In this document: one piece after another, positions 24,822 through 38,053 of the stretch
Position numbering within the stretch: the stretch's first letter is position 1
Layout of the letters: each line of letters begins with the position of its first letter
Origin: Octopus sinensis
Lineage: Eukaryota
Reading direction: 5' to 3'
NCBI RefSeq assembly: GCF_006345805.1
Contig: NC_042997.1
Coordinates: 157,356,001 to 157,420,000, forward strand
DNA length: 64,000 nt
Made by a program: the position numbers and the translations under genes
Notes under the pieces: generated by a model
What the model saw: the letters and a program-made list of their open reading frames with translations, nothing else
The model's database searches: none
Told to the model about the DNA's origin: nothing

Positions 24822-25099
24822 TGTATCCTACTACGTGATATGTGTAAGTTATTTCGTTACCAGGATTTCTTTCTTTTTCTCACTTTTATCTATATACTTC
24901 CCTTTAACTGCTCATGTTTGAAATTGCATTTTCCGTCAATTCGAAATCTCTGTGTGGTTTAGAAATTCTTTTTGCAGCCATAGAGTTGTGGTTTTGATCA
25001 TACCACTTGGTACACTGAGCAAATATGATCTACAATAACGTTGAGTAAACCAGAACTTGTGAGTGAAATTTAGGAGTCAGAAACTGTGTGGAAGCTCAT

Positions 25100-25700
25100 T
25101 GGTAGGACCGCTTCTAATTTTGATGATAGACTAATCTTTCGCCTTGTTTAAAATCACCACCACCTGCCACCTGTATGATTTTATTCGGGTACACTCTGTT
25201 GCAAGTATGCAGTTTGGATTTCAGATCCTAAGGTAACATCCTCCCTTCCACCAGTCCGAAGACTGTTGAAAGAATCATGAAGACTGCACTTTCTCTCGGA
25301 TTAAGCTTTAAAAAATGCAAACTTTCATCTAGTGGTCCGAAATTCTATTGATACCATCAGCCACTCATAGCATAAATTATTTCATCACTTTTTATCATAT
25401 TAACGTACATTATTTATATCCTTATGCCATATAGTTCCTGATACGTATGTTGAGGTAAATATCACATCAGCTAACTTCATGTAGCGACTTAGCAATAAAA
25501 ATATCTATCCTATTTGATTCAAAAACAAGAAGTAATGGTTTATTTCGGCGGATTTTAGCGTGGGAATTGTCTGTCGGAATTTTCGTCAAAAGTATAGAAT
25601 TCTGTAAAAAGCTGTCGGAAGAGGAGTAGAAACAGGATCATGAACTCGGCCGACATTCCCAACGTGGCGAGATTAATGCGGTAAATCTACCTGTCAATGT
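25100..25700 (-). pseudogene. Possible highly decayed LINE fragment
   Basis: Only weak G.DGI and FN..L..G...WK-like remnants are visible. Confidence 0.25.
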
Positions 25701-27483
25701 CAGCAATAGAGTGAACTCCGATGAAATAATAAGTGGTTTGCTAATTAAATGGTAGTAATGACCGGCTAACTGAAAAGAAAACAAGGAATATTTCAGATTC
25801 CAGAGAGATGAGTGTGTTACACCTACTCACACACACACGTGTGCGTGCACATACAACACACACACATACACATACACTCACACACATACACATACACTCA
25901 CACACATACACATACACTCACACACACACTCACGAAAGCACTTGAACACACACGCATACACGCACGCACATGCACACAAAACATACACTCACTAACACAG
26001 ATACATCTATATATTTATAAGAATAGTGTTATAATAATTCGCATGAAATATTGCGGAATATGCAGAGAATCTGTATCTCATAGAAATTGATAGCTATGTG
26101 GATAGAACAGACAATGAAATATAAAGAAATAACCATTGTCGCGATATTGAAATTTTACATATAAATAATTAATTAGTCCTATTATTTTGAGTCAAAAACT
26201 CTTTTTCACAAGTTTTAAAGAACGTGAGAGAAATAACTTACTTCCAGTTTATAGCGTGTCGGATCCTTGAGAGTGACATTAGAACCACTGTGCTTATAGG
26301 TGTAAAACCTTGAGTCTGTGTTCTGTGGTTTAAGTGCTAGAATGGATTGACATATGTGAAGAGGAATAAGATGAAGTTGAGGGAGTTATGGTATTCATAG
26401 CATCTTTTGGTATTCATTCAATTCAATCTGGTTGCTAATTGCTGGCTGGGTTTTCAAATCACACTAGTTTCTAATATTCGCAAGTTGGTGATTTTATTAT
26501 CAATAGCTTTAATGCTAACAAGTGTTTCCTTATCCATATTCCAACATTTTTGGAGAATTTTTGGAAGATGAAGCACGCGTGTTCTCATGCGTTTGATTCA
26601 GTTATGCAAAGACCGAAGCATGCTACGATGTGACGATTGCTGAGTTCGACTCGCTGGATCTGATATAAGATGTAAGTACGTAGGTAAATATCTGTGTTAC
26701 GGACAAAGTATAGTCCTCTAGAGATATTATTTCTATAATTCTTTCATTTCCGAGAGGAAGGTCCTGAGGTAGTAGCTGTATCTCAAGTCTTTTGCTAGGT
26801 TGCTTTTGCAGAGAGCAGCAGTTATACAAACTGAAGGACGGTGGCTTCTAGAAACAGAAATCGGAAGAATTTTTCGCTTTGAAATTTGCTAGCTCAGAAG
26901 ACGACTGGTTAAGGCTACCGATTTTCTACTGACTTTCACTACGCATCGGAATGTGTAGCATGGATGTAGCAAACTTCCTGTTTCGCTGCATTGGTACTGC
27001 AGATGAGCATGTTTCCTTGCCCCAAATTTCTACACTTTTCAACACATGATAGATCTAACATCACGACATAAAATAATAAAATGGATACGTTATTATTCTT
27101 TGGTCTTGTGTTGAAAAGGAAGTTTTTTAGCTCGGAAATTATTGAATATTTTAAAGGTAGCATATCAATATCTAGCCATTGCTATCTCCTTCTGTAACAC
27201 ACTGATTTAGAATGTGTGTGTATATATATATATATACATACATAATTATATATGTATGCATGTATGTATGTATGTATGTATGTATGTATGTATGTATGTA
27301 TGTATGTATGTATGTATGTATGTACGTATGTAATGGAGAGGATGGGTTGGTTTCCTATAACCAGGACAATTTAAATAAGCTGGAGCTAATTCAAACACTT
27401 ATTAAATACAAGCCCAATTCTGCGTTGTTGCGTTTGTTTATACGTTTGCATACATCTATATCTACATGTGTGTGTGTGCACGT

Positions 27484-27559
<76 letters not shown>

Positions 27560-28017
27560 ATGGCGAAGGAGTTTGTTTCACAACACGAGGTCTTGGATTC
27601 GACATCATTGCATGGCATCTTGGGCAAATGTCATTTTCTATAGCTTCAAGTTGATCCACATTTTGTGAAATAGGTTGAACGGAAACAGGATTGAAGCTCG
27701 TCAAATGGATTGAAAATGAAATAGAGTCATTTCAAAGACAGTCAATCTGGTTCCGCCTGGAAATTACTTTAGGCAACTACAGGTTAATCCAGTGAGCAAG
27801 TAATCCACTTGATGGAACAACTGAATTCTCGTATCGGCCTTCGGAAATCGATGGATGGACGGATGAATGGATCGATCGATCGATCCATCCGTATATGTTA
27901 AATATCTACGCACATTCGCACCTGTAAATATATATTTTTTTACATACATATATGCACGCACGCACACACACACACGGACACACACAAATACACACAAACA
28001 CTCACACCCTACACACA

Positions 28018-28093
<76 letters not shown>

Positions 28094-28143
28094 CATCTAT
28101 CTATCTATCTCTCTCTCTATCTGTTTCTCTATCTCTCTCTCTA

Positions 28144-28226
<83 letters not shown>

Positions 28227-29349
28227 GTTTCTCTCTCTCTCTCTCTCTCTATCAATCTATCTAAATCATGAATTCCCCCGTCGTTAGACGGCGTGTGGGG
28301 GTTCTACAATTTCTTCCTGAACAACCACACAATTATTTATTTATAGTGATCACGTGGTTGTTGTTCGCAAAGCTCACTTCCTCCACCAAATCGACATTAT
28401 ATGTACAGGTGCATGACGTGCCACATGTCAGGTGGCGAAATGATCGCGGTGCAACAAGAAGCGAAGTGTTTTGCTCAAGATCAAACCAATCGTGAGTGTA
28501 ACACCCTAACCACTAAGCCATGCGCCTTCACATACAAACACACACACATACACAGAGATGTTTAAGAACTTTGCTTCACGACCATAAGGACACGGATTCA
28601 GCCCCACAATGTGGCATCTTTGGCAAATATTATTTTCTCTTTGTGAGTTGTAAATGGGTTGATTGAATCTGATTCAACCTCGGATGGAATTTTCCCACCA
28701 TTCGAAGTTACAGTAGTGACGCAAGCTGTGTCGTACTGAATTACGTAACAGGACACATCAGAGTTGGATGCTCAGCAATGTACAAGTTAATGCAATGAGC
28801 AAGTAATTGAGCTGGCTGGACAATTGAATACTCATCGTCCAACATAAGAGAAAATCCAGTTATCAATCCATCCATCCATCCATCCATCCATCCATTACTA
28901 CACACACACACAAACACACACACACACACGAATACTTGTAGAATGGTATAAATGTATGTACCTACAAGCACATGTAACTATATATTTAGAACATTATATA
29001 TTTCATTACGCTCAGATATATGATGCCGGAAAGAGACACTTGCGGCTACATCAATAGATTACAAATAACGAGAAAACCAAGATTGATTTATACAAAATTT
29101 CCTATTTGTCTGCAGGTTTCAGCGATATAAGAATGACGTAACCACTTTGAAACAATTTGAAATAAGTTCCTGCAGAAAAAAATGTTTAAAATTTTGCTTC
29201 TGGTAGCTACTTACGTCATTCTTAAAGCAGTAAAACATACGTAAATTTTAAAAATAAATCTTGTCTCTCTTTTGTTCTAAAATTAATAGGTACATACATA
29301 CATATATATATACATACATATATGTATGCACACACACATATATACGAGA

Positions 29350-29720
29350 AAGACAAAGTATCGAATTTCCTAACCCGACCAAGAAGTTCAGTTCCTCTGT
29401 GTCCATTGGCTCTGTAATGACGGCCATGACACAGGATCACCACTTCATCCTATGGGGATACCCCCACCATTGTTATCCGCACAGCTCTTGCATGTCCCCG
29501 ATCTGTTCACTCATTCGCTCCACACTTACTCCACACCTATCCTCCCAGTACTCTACCCATCAACATTTTACGTGCTCTTCACCGACCTCTATCCGATCCT
29601 TCACTTCTCAAGTCTTCCTCAAACCACCCTTCCCTTCTTTCAAATGCACCTGTGACCAACGTGACCTTCTGATCCCTAGGTACTTCCCTACTCATGACAC
29701 TCGACTTCTTCTTTGGCTTT
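29350..29720 (-). pseudogene. Decayed LINE (RTE-like endonuclease region)
   Basis: GC-richer island. RITMVGVSP*DEV resembles VVSAYAPQVG; purine-rich on the minus strand. Confidence 0.35.
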
Positions 29721-30577
29721 TGCCCACGCAGTCGAACCTGTGAATGAAACATTATTAAATTATAAAGCAGCGCAGGCGTGGCTCTGTGAGGTTTGCTTCC
29801 CTGCCACGTGGTTCCAGGTTCAGGCCCACTGTGTGGCACTTGGGTTGGTGCTTTCTACCATAACCTCGGCCAACTAAAACTTTGTGGGTGGATTCTAAAC
29901 TTAATCAGGTGTTCATTCTCTACAAATACTAGACAGAAAACATTCAGAGCATTGATTGTTTAGACATGTTCAGTCGACCGTGTCAGCCTCAACTTACAAC
30001 CCCAAACAGTGTTACTTGAAACTAACAAACGGACGTAGCGGGGATCCTGCAAAAGTTTCTAAGACCAGTCATGTGACTAACCTCTACCAATCAAATCCTA
30101 TTGAAAACATATACTAATTTGAGCCATGAACTCCCTATAAAAATATAGCAAACTTCAAACAATAGTTAGAAGAAAGACAGCTGTGACATAAGCCACGTCT
30201 TTCTATTTCAAATTTTAAAATCAGTGTAAACCGTGAAACCAGTTAAATCTTTAAATATATTAATAAAAAATATATTAAGTATTCTCTGTGCATTTTCAAC
30301 TTCTATATTTCCTATACATACATACATACATACATACATACATACATACATACATACATACACGCGCGCGCGCACACACACATATCATAGCTGTATCCTC
30401 GTTACACGAGAAAAGCCATTGCCAATAAGACTTACTGAAATGATTCATTATTTATGCCATGTGATGCCCTTATATGACTTTTAAGCCTGGTCAAGCTTTT
30501 ACGCATTTTATTACATACTAGACAACTGTGCTGGCTGGCAGGAGAAACAGGTGCCACCATATGCACCCTCTTAACAT

Positions 30578-30623
30578 GTTTGAAATTAAAACTGTATATT
30601 AATATACAGTTTTAATTTCAAAC
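30578..30623. repeat. Perfect 46-bp palindrome, no spacer
   Basis: GTTTGAAATTAAAACTGTATATT|AATATACAGTTTTAATTTCAAAC. Confidence 0.95.
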
Positions 30624-31003
30624 TTATACCTTCTGTTTTGAACATGATAATTTATAATTGAAACATTTTAATTTAATTTTGATTTGTCAACATTGAAACT
30701 TATATCGATGTTTTTCTAATTTTACACTTTTACCATTGATAAACAAAAAATATTGTTGAAACTAGTTAGGTGCATATGTAAATAAATGTATTTTAAACAT
30801 TTACGAGTTTTTGAAATTTAAGTGCATTTTCAGCAACACATTTTCCTATATATATATATATATATGAGAAAAAATAAGTAGAAAAGGAACAATTCAAACT
30901 TTTGGGGGTATCCAAAAAGAGAGAAAAAATGATTTCTAATAAAGATTCATCTTATTCATAAAAGTCAGCCAGAGCAAGTAATAAGAATATGAAAATAATA
31001 TTT

Positions 31004-31184
31004 GAGGAGTTTCGTTAGAGGTATAATAATATACCATGAATAAATGCAACAAAATGGAGAAAAAATTAGATTTATTACTAAACTGCATTCAATGCATACG
31101 TACGTTTCGAAAACAAAGCAAATGTATAAGAAGAAATTTTAATCGTAGTAACTATAATTAAATTTATGAATTGTCATTCTCATC

Positions 31185-31237
<53 letters not shown>

Positions 31238-31605
31238 TAGATATATAGATATATATAAATAACTTGGTTTGTAAATTATCCCATTTACCCTTACTGCCCC
31301 ATCTGTGTTCTCTTATTGTATCTTATTTTATTTCTATTTCATTTTATTTTATTTCATCTTATCAAACTTTCTTGATGTTCTTCAAGAGATTCCTCACACT
31401 GATGGGAATGACAGTGCATAAAATTAATTATAATTACTATGATTAAAATTTTCTTCTGACACATTTGCTTTGTTTTTCGAAACGTACGTATGCATTGAAT
31501 ACAGTTTTGTAATAAATCAATTTCTGATTCAACGTTTTTTCACCAATTTTCATTTCTGTAAATACTTGTTTATACTATATTTTTTATACCTATAACGGAA
31601 CTCCT

Positions 31606-31606
<1 letters not shown>
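31004..31606. repeat. Inverted repeat, about 185-205-bp arms (31004-31186 / 31399-31606)
   Basis: cattcaatgcatacgtacgtttcgaaaacaaagcaaatgt versus acatttgctttgtttttcgaaacgtacgtatgcattgaat, extending to gaggagtttcgtta / taacggaactcctc. Confidence 0.9.
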
Positions 31607-31655
<49 letters not shown>

Positions 31656-31665
31656 CGTGTGCGTG

Positions 31666-31725
<60 letters not shown>

Positions 31726-31726
<1 letters not shown>

Positions 31727-32966
31727 TAGGTTGTCTCACATGAAATGTCGCATTTGGAAAAAGAAACATTAAGATTCTTTGTAAAGTTTGTTAGAATATT
31801 TATTTAATCAAAATATGATCCTTCTTCATTTATGACCTTCAATTAAGGCATATATTCCATCTTCAAAGAATTTGTCTTTTTTTACACTGACAAACTGTTC
31901 TAATGCTTCAATTACCTCTTCTTTATTTAAGAATATTTTATTGCGTATAGTAAGCTCGAAATTTTTAAATTTGTGATAATCAGTAGGAGAGATATCAAGA
32001 GAATAAGGAGGATGAGTCAAAATTTCATAGTTCATGCGTTGCAACTTGTGGACCGTAGCTTCATAAGTGTGTTGCCGTACATTATCATGAAGCAAAATTG
32101 GTCCATCTCTATTCACTAATCTGGGTTGCTTCTTTCTTAATTTTTCATGCATGCTATCAATAGGATGTTGCTGTTACAGACTTTCCTTGTTGCAAAAATG
32201 AGTAGTGAATAGCCTCTTTTGTTGAACCCCATACGGTGACCATCAACTTTTTAGGGTGCAATGGTGGTTTTGGGTAGTGTTTTGGTGACTCCCCTGCATC
32301 TAACCACTGTCATGTCCTCCTGCTGTTATCAAAGAGTATGCAATTCTCATCACACGTAATGAGTCGATACAAAAAAGGTTCTCTTTCCGACCGAGAAATC
32401 AACATGGAAGACACTGTAAGGCGTCTGTTTCTTTGGATCTCATTAAGTCGATGGGGAACAAACCTATCCATCTTTTTGACTTGTCCAGTTTTCTTCAAGT
32501 GTCGAAAAGCAGTTGCGGGAGATGTCTGAAGGCCTGATCCGACTTTTCGGACCGTCGTTCTCGGATTTCGTTAAACCATAGCATGCAATCCATCATGCCA
32601 AATAACTGATTTTGGTCTCCCTCTTGGTTCATTTTTAAGGCTTTCATTTCCTGAACGAAATCTTTGGAACCATCTCTGAACAGTTCTAATGTCAACAACA
32701 TAGTTACCAAAAGCTCGCTTGAGGTTTCGTAGACCTTTGGTGTCAGAATAACCCAGCTTATATTTGTACAAGAAAATCCCTTGGTATTGTCCAGTTGTCA
32801 ACATTGTCATAAGAGCAGTGGGTAGCAATTTTGAATAATAGGATTGTCTAGAAAGAAAAAGAGTTAATAGTAAACACAAATGTATACATGGAAACCCATT
32901 GAAAATCCATTTATAGATAACTCATAAGTAACCCATTTAAAATACATTTCATGCGAGACAACCTAC
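31726..32966 (-). mobile_element. Full-length (about 1.24 kb) mariner DD34D element, pseudogenised
   Basis: TIRs ttaggttgtctcacatgaaatgt / acatttcatgcgagacaacctac with TA flanks. ORF pieces RTVQRWFQRFRSG, FVPHRL..ITCDE and LLHDN-x-HPPYSLDISPTDY give D-34-D spacing. Confidence 0.93.
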
Positions 32967-32970
32967 TATA

Positions 32971-33005
<35 letters not shown>

Positions 33006-33777
33006 GCATCTATCTATCTACGTAAATGTGTACAAGCAAAGCCACACATATAATATGTATGTCTCTGCGCATTTTATGTATATAAATCCACAACCACCCC
33101 CAGTACCTGTCTGATATTTTATAATATCGAGATCGGTAGGATTTGAACCCTTTAAGGATCAAACATGTTTATGTCCGATTTCATATCTACAACAACTAAG
33201 ACGGTAGAGATTACAGCTAAGCGGTAAAAGTGGGGGCTATTCTTTGCGCATAGTTTGCTTTTACACACGACCTACGATTTGGGTGGTAGATAGATATTAG
33301 TTAGGGAACTACACGTGAGGATCAATAGGTCAGTGTCATCCTCAATCTAAGGGTGATAAGTCTGATAGATTCGAGACGTTTCGAGACGTTTTTACAAGGG
33401 CAGTTATTGTAACAAACCGTCAGATATCCTGATATTTTCAGGACCGACATTTTGACGATTTTAATCGCTAAGAAAAGAATAACAAGGAAAATTAGTGTGT
33501 AAATAAAACGAAAGCTATGAAGATAACACAATGATCTCGTCTTATATACTCTCACACACGTACGCACACACGCACGCGCACATACTCATACGCACATACA
33601 CGCGCGCACACACACACTCATACATGCACACACACACATGATGGGTTTCTTTCAGTTTCCATTAAACAAATCCACTCGAAGCTTTGATCGAATAGGGACT
33701 ATAATGTAAGACAGCTATCGAAGGTGTCACAAAGTGGGACCGAACTCAAAATATCATGGTTGGCACGCAAGCCTGCA

Positions 33778-33831
<54 letters not shown>

Positions 33832-34363
33832 AAATGAATAACTGGTTTATTTACTGACTTTTGATAAAAAAAATGTTTATTTTGTTAATGGTATTCTTGT
33901 ACATTACGTGTATTTGTATGCTTCTTTGTACTTTTAAATGATAAAAAGTTCTTACCGTAGTACCTTGTGGTTGACTGTTTTTGTCACCACGTGTTTTCGC
34001 GTATGCTGGTTAGCTTATTTCTTTTACGTGGTACTAAGGTATCATTACCGTAGTTCTCAGCATATTTATCAAGGAACAATTGTTTTTTTTTTGTCATAAA
34101 TGCTTTGATTTACTTCCTTGTTTTGTAATATTTTTAACCCACATCGCTTTCATTTTCTCAGCTATGTTTCCCGTGGCTATTTTCGATATTGCCTCAATAC
34201 CATTGTCCACCGTTTCGTTTTTGTCTGGAATCGAGACTCTTTATTTAGATTAATATAGATGTCTGTCTTCACTTTTGACGTAGCGCCCATCTTAGTTTTG
34301 TTTCTTCCTCCAGTTCTCCTATAATTTCTTTAATTAAGAATTTACGGGGAAGTATGGGCACGT

Positions 34364-34798
34364 TTGACTCGGTCCAATCTGTGTATATCTCTGTGTAATG
34401 ATAGCAGATGTGGAGCATGTCAACACATGCATACTGGTAAATCCATTAGAACAAAATATGGGCAGATTTTTGCGAATGCAGATATGAACTACAGAAGCAG
34501 AAATTTGATCTACTGCATTAAATGCCCCAATTGCGAGGAATTATATATAGGCGGGACAGGGAATACATTATCAGAATGCTCACGAGTCCACAGACAACAA
34601 ATCCGGAATACCAATGTTTGCAACATTCCATTAAATGAACATATAGAGGCATGTGGTCAGAAAATGTTTCTTATTTTTCCTTTCCACCAACTACATGACA
34701 CAAGTAAGGGTGGAAGAAAGATAAAGGAAAAACGGTTTATTAAAATGTTCAAACCTATTCTAAACGGAACTGACTTCAGTAATATAACAACCAGTTAA
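34364..34798 (+). pseudogene. Penelope-like element GIY-YIG endonuclease domain (Cys-containing, Neptune-like)
   Basis: CGAC..NYRSRNLIYCIKCPNCEELYIGGTGNTLSECSRVH..HIEAC..EKRFIKMFKPILN. The expected catalytic Arg position reads Cys. Confidence 0.85.
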
Positions 34799-34988
34799 TG
34801 ATGTGGATTAAAAAATATCCCTTGCATATAGATATAATCAAATTACAGAATATCGGTACGCCTGGCAAACCGTGATTTTTAAGCTGCATGCGGATTAGTC
34901 AAAAACGTATTCTAAAAATTCAGCGTGCTGGAGCGTTCTAAGAGGTACTACATATGTCAAAAACTCAATTGTCAGTTAAACACATTTG

Positions 34989-35026
34989 AAATCTGATGAT
35001 TACTCTATGTATGAAAGCGCTATTTT
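34989..35026 (+). ncRNA. Degenerate minimal hammerhead downstream of the PLE endonuclease
   Basis: AAAT-CTGATGA-T-TAC(TCTAT)GTA-T-GAAA-GCGC-TA^-TTTT. Palindromic AGCGCT stem III; mismatches at the bases of stems I and II. Confidence 0.55.
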
Positions 35027-35634
35027 AACTTTATGAGCATTACAAAATATATTTTTTAATGTTAAAATAACATAAAAAACGTGAAAACCAATGTTTTTAT
35101 TTTATTCAACTGATATATTATTCTATACACATTCACATAAATTCGAAACAATATATATATATGTGTGTATGCGTGTGTTTACATGTAAAGCTTTGAAATA
35201 AAAATACAAAATGTATAAATATGAAGTTTGGCTTTGAAGCCAGTAACATGTTATACACAATAACATGATAATTAACCTATGCAGCAGGAGTTATGACAGA
35301 TCACACAAAGAACATAATTGGCTGTGTTAATTCAGCATAGTTACAAATTTATATAAGGAAAATTAAAGCATTATCTTTAGGATAACTGCGTTTTGCACTC
35401 ATCAGCTTGCACATTATATCTCAAATATACTGCAATGCTAATCATAAATTCAGGAAATATACATCGTCCCAACATTAGTCACTGTCGTACTGTCATAAAT
35501 ACACATGAAAAATTACGTTTTTGCTTGCGCAACTGAGTAATTAATCTCAAAATAATTGTTGAGTGCAATAGTCTTTCGTTTGTTCACCTGTATACACACA
35601 CACACATACACACATACACACACACACACACACA

Positions 35635-35676
<42 letters not shown>

Positions 35677-35764
35677 TATATATATATATATACGTACATA
35701 TATATACATACATATACCTATGTCTCTCTCTCTCTCTCCCTATATATATATTATATATATATAT

Positions 35765-35796
<32 letters not shown>

Positions 35797-36116
35797 ATTA
35801 TATATATTATATATATTATATATAATATATATATAATATATATATATAATATATTATATATATATATAAACTATATATATATATATTATATATATATATT
35901 TCATTTCATCTGATTTATACTAAATGGTCACAGAGCAATGTGAAATGAAGTAATTTGCTCCCGGTCTGGGAATCGAAACTACGATCTCGCAATCGTGAGT
36001 GCAACCCTCTAACTATTAAACCATGTACCTTTACAGTTATTTGTTCTGGTGGCATTAGGGCCTTATGGATGAGTTTGCGTTTAGCTGCTGATGTTCGATC
36101 CCCGTCAGTATTCTAG

Positions 36117-36330
36117 AGCTCTTTTCGAACTTTGACAACGAAGAAGAGTGCAACTTTCTGCTAATGGTTTTTCTTTTACCTTACTTTTCGGATAAATAAT
36201 GCCGTATATAATGCTGAAACTGCAGGTGAAGAGGCAAGGTGTAACCGTTGCCTTAAAAGTACAGTAATATAAAAATAGCTCGCTTCCTGAGACTTGCCCG
36301 ATTCATCGTTGTCAAAGTTCGAAAGGAGCT
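36117..36330. mobile_element. MITE-like element with 25-bp TIRs
   Basis: agctcttttcgaactttgacaacga / tcgttgtcaaagttcgaaaggagct, one mismatch. No TSD seen. Confidence 0.65.
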
Positions 36331-36341
36331 GGTAAATTCTG

Positions 36342-37260
36342 ACAGGGATCTAGCACCAGCAGTTTAATGCAAAACCCATTCACAAGGTCATAATACCAGC
36401 AGACAGAAATAACGTTTTGCAAACAGTCCAAGAAGTAATCGCTAAAAAAGCCCCGGAAAGTCAATTAGGACCATTGCAAAGTTAATCAAGGTTTCAGAAT
36501 GCAATCTCAGAAGAGCTGTGCATGAGGACATCATGTATAATTCGCATGTGATGTGAAAAAGTCAGTTTATATCAGATGTGACATGAGAGAATCGTTCGAT
36601 CTGTGCAAAACCCTTGCTAAACAAATTAAAACATCAAGAGGGTGGGATGCTTTGGTTTTTCTTCGATGAGAAAACTTTCGATCAGGACCGAGAAACAAAC
36701 CGATGGAACTACAGATGATTATGCAGAGACCCAAATGAGAACCCAACGGTCATGCATACTAAGATTCCGGATAGTGTGATGTTCTGGGAGTCATCAACAA
36801 CGTAGGAGATTTCATGCCTCCAGACTTTTTCCCATTGTGTGTGTAGACAATTCCACTGTCTACACAGAGGTATTGGAGAATGTTGTGAGGTTCTGGATAG
36901 ACAAAGTATGCAACACGATTCTGCACCGTCTCATAAGGATAGGACAATCCAAGTGAGGATACGCGCCAATTTCCATGATTATGTCCTCCCAGACACATGG
37001 CCTTTTAGCTCACCAGACCTCAATCCCCTGGGTTATAAGCCTTAGAGCGAGTTCAAGAGAGAGGCAAATTAACAGCCCTGTAACAATCTCTCAAGTCTAC
37101 CACATAACCTGCACTATATTCAAAATTGATAAAGCTCACCTGATTCTGGCATTTCATCGCTTCTGACCCCGTATTGAAGTAACAATTGAAGCTTTCGTTG
37201 AATAGGTATTAAAAAAGAATTCTCAAGATTATTTGTATCAATTTGTTTCCAAATGACCTA
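36342..37260 (+). mobile_element. DD37D (maT-like) transposon fossil
   Basis: LKHQEGGMLWFFFDEKTFDQD, and QHDSAPSHK followed by 37 residues to the WPFSSPDLNPL(G)Y position. It starts acagggatct, matching the TIR at 19370-19382. Confidence 0.85.
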
Positions 37261-37948
37261 AAAAAACTGACCTAAAAAATGTTTGGATGTATGGACGAGT
37301 GACTGGGTGGCTGGGTGGAGGAACGGATTCAGTGTTGGAAAATCATTTTCAATTTTAGTATATTTTCTACTAATTTGCTTAATACAATGTTTGTATATTT
37401 GGAACGCATTTATGTGTCTACTAAGTATGTTCATTGACTATGATAGCAGAAAATTTGAATATTGTCCTCAACGAGAAAATGTCAGTATCCTACATACAGA
37501 CCTTACAGATCCATATCCTAGATACAGATAGGTTTATCTTAATCGATGAACATTCCTTGTAGGAGATAGAATTTTTTTAAATTGAAAATAAGAACGATCC
37601 TATATAATAATAACCGGTGGTATTTCTGGTTGGGTGGTTGGTGTCTCCAAAGAAGCAGTACATTATTTAGAGAGAGGACAAGAGATATGTGAGTGATAGT
37701 TAACATAAGAGGTGCAGTACGAGTGCACATACTAGGTTTGTTGGCAAGCAATGAGTAAAGGAAAATGTGTATTCATTTCATCATTTTGAATAAGAAATTC
37801 GATAAAAGTTAAATTATAAGTAACGTATGTATGTCACAATTCCTAATATTACTCACTGTCGTAACTATATACTTCCAAAGTTATCAATAATAATAATAAT
37901 GATGATGATAATGATGATGATGATGATATGATGATGATGATGATGATG

Positions 37949-38003
<55 letters not shown>

Positions 38004-38022
38004 TAATAATAATGACAACGAT

Positions 38023-38053
<31 letters not shown>

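Noticed and set aside
26600-27060. Protein-like frame KQKSEEFFALKFASSEDDWLRLPIFY with faint hAT resemblance
   Set aside because: Multiple stops and only a vague motif match; it cannot be assigned to a gene or transposase by eye.
37443-37690. Plus-strand exon candidates (ENLNIVLNEKMSVSYIQTLQIHILDTD; IIITGGISG)
   Set aside because: The second acceptor is weak, and the cadherin-like and SDR-like resemblances are mutually inconsistent.
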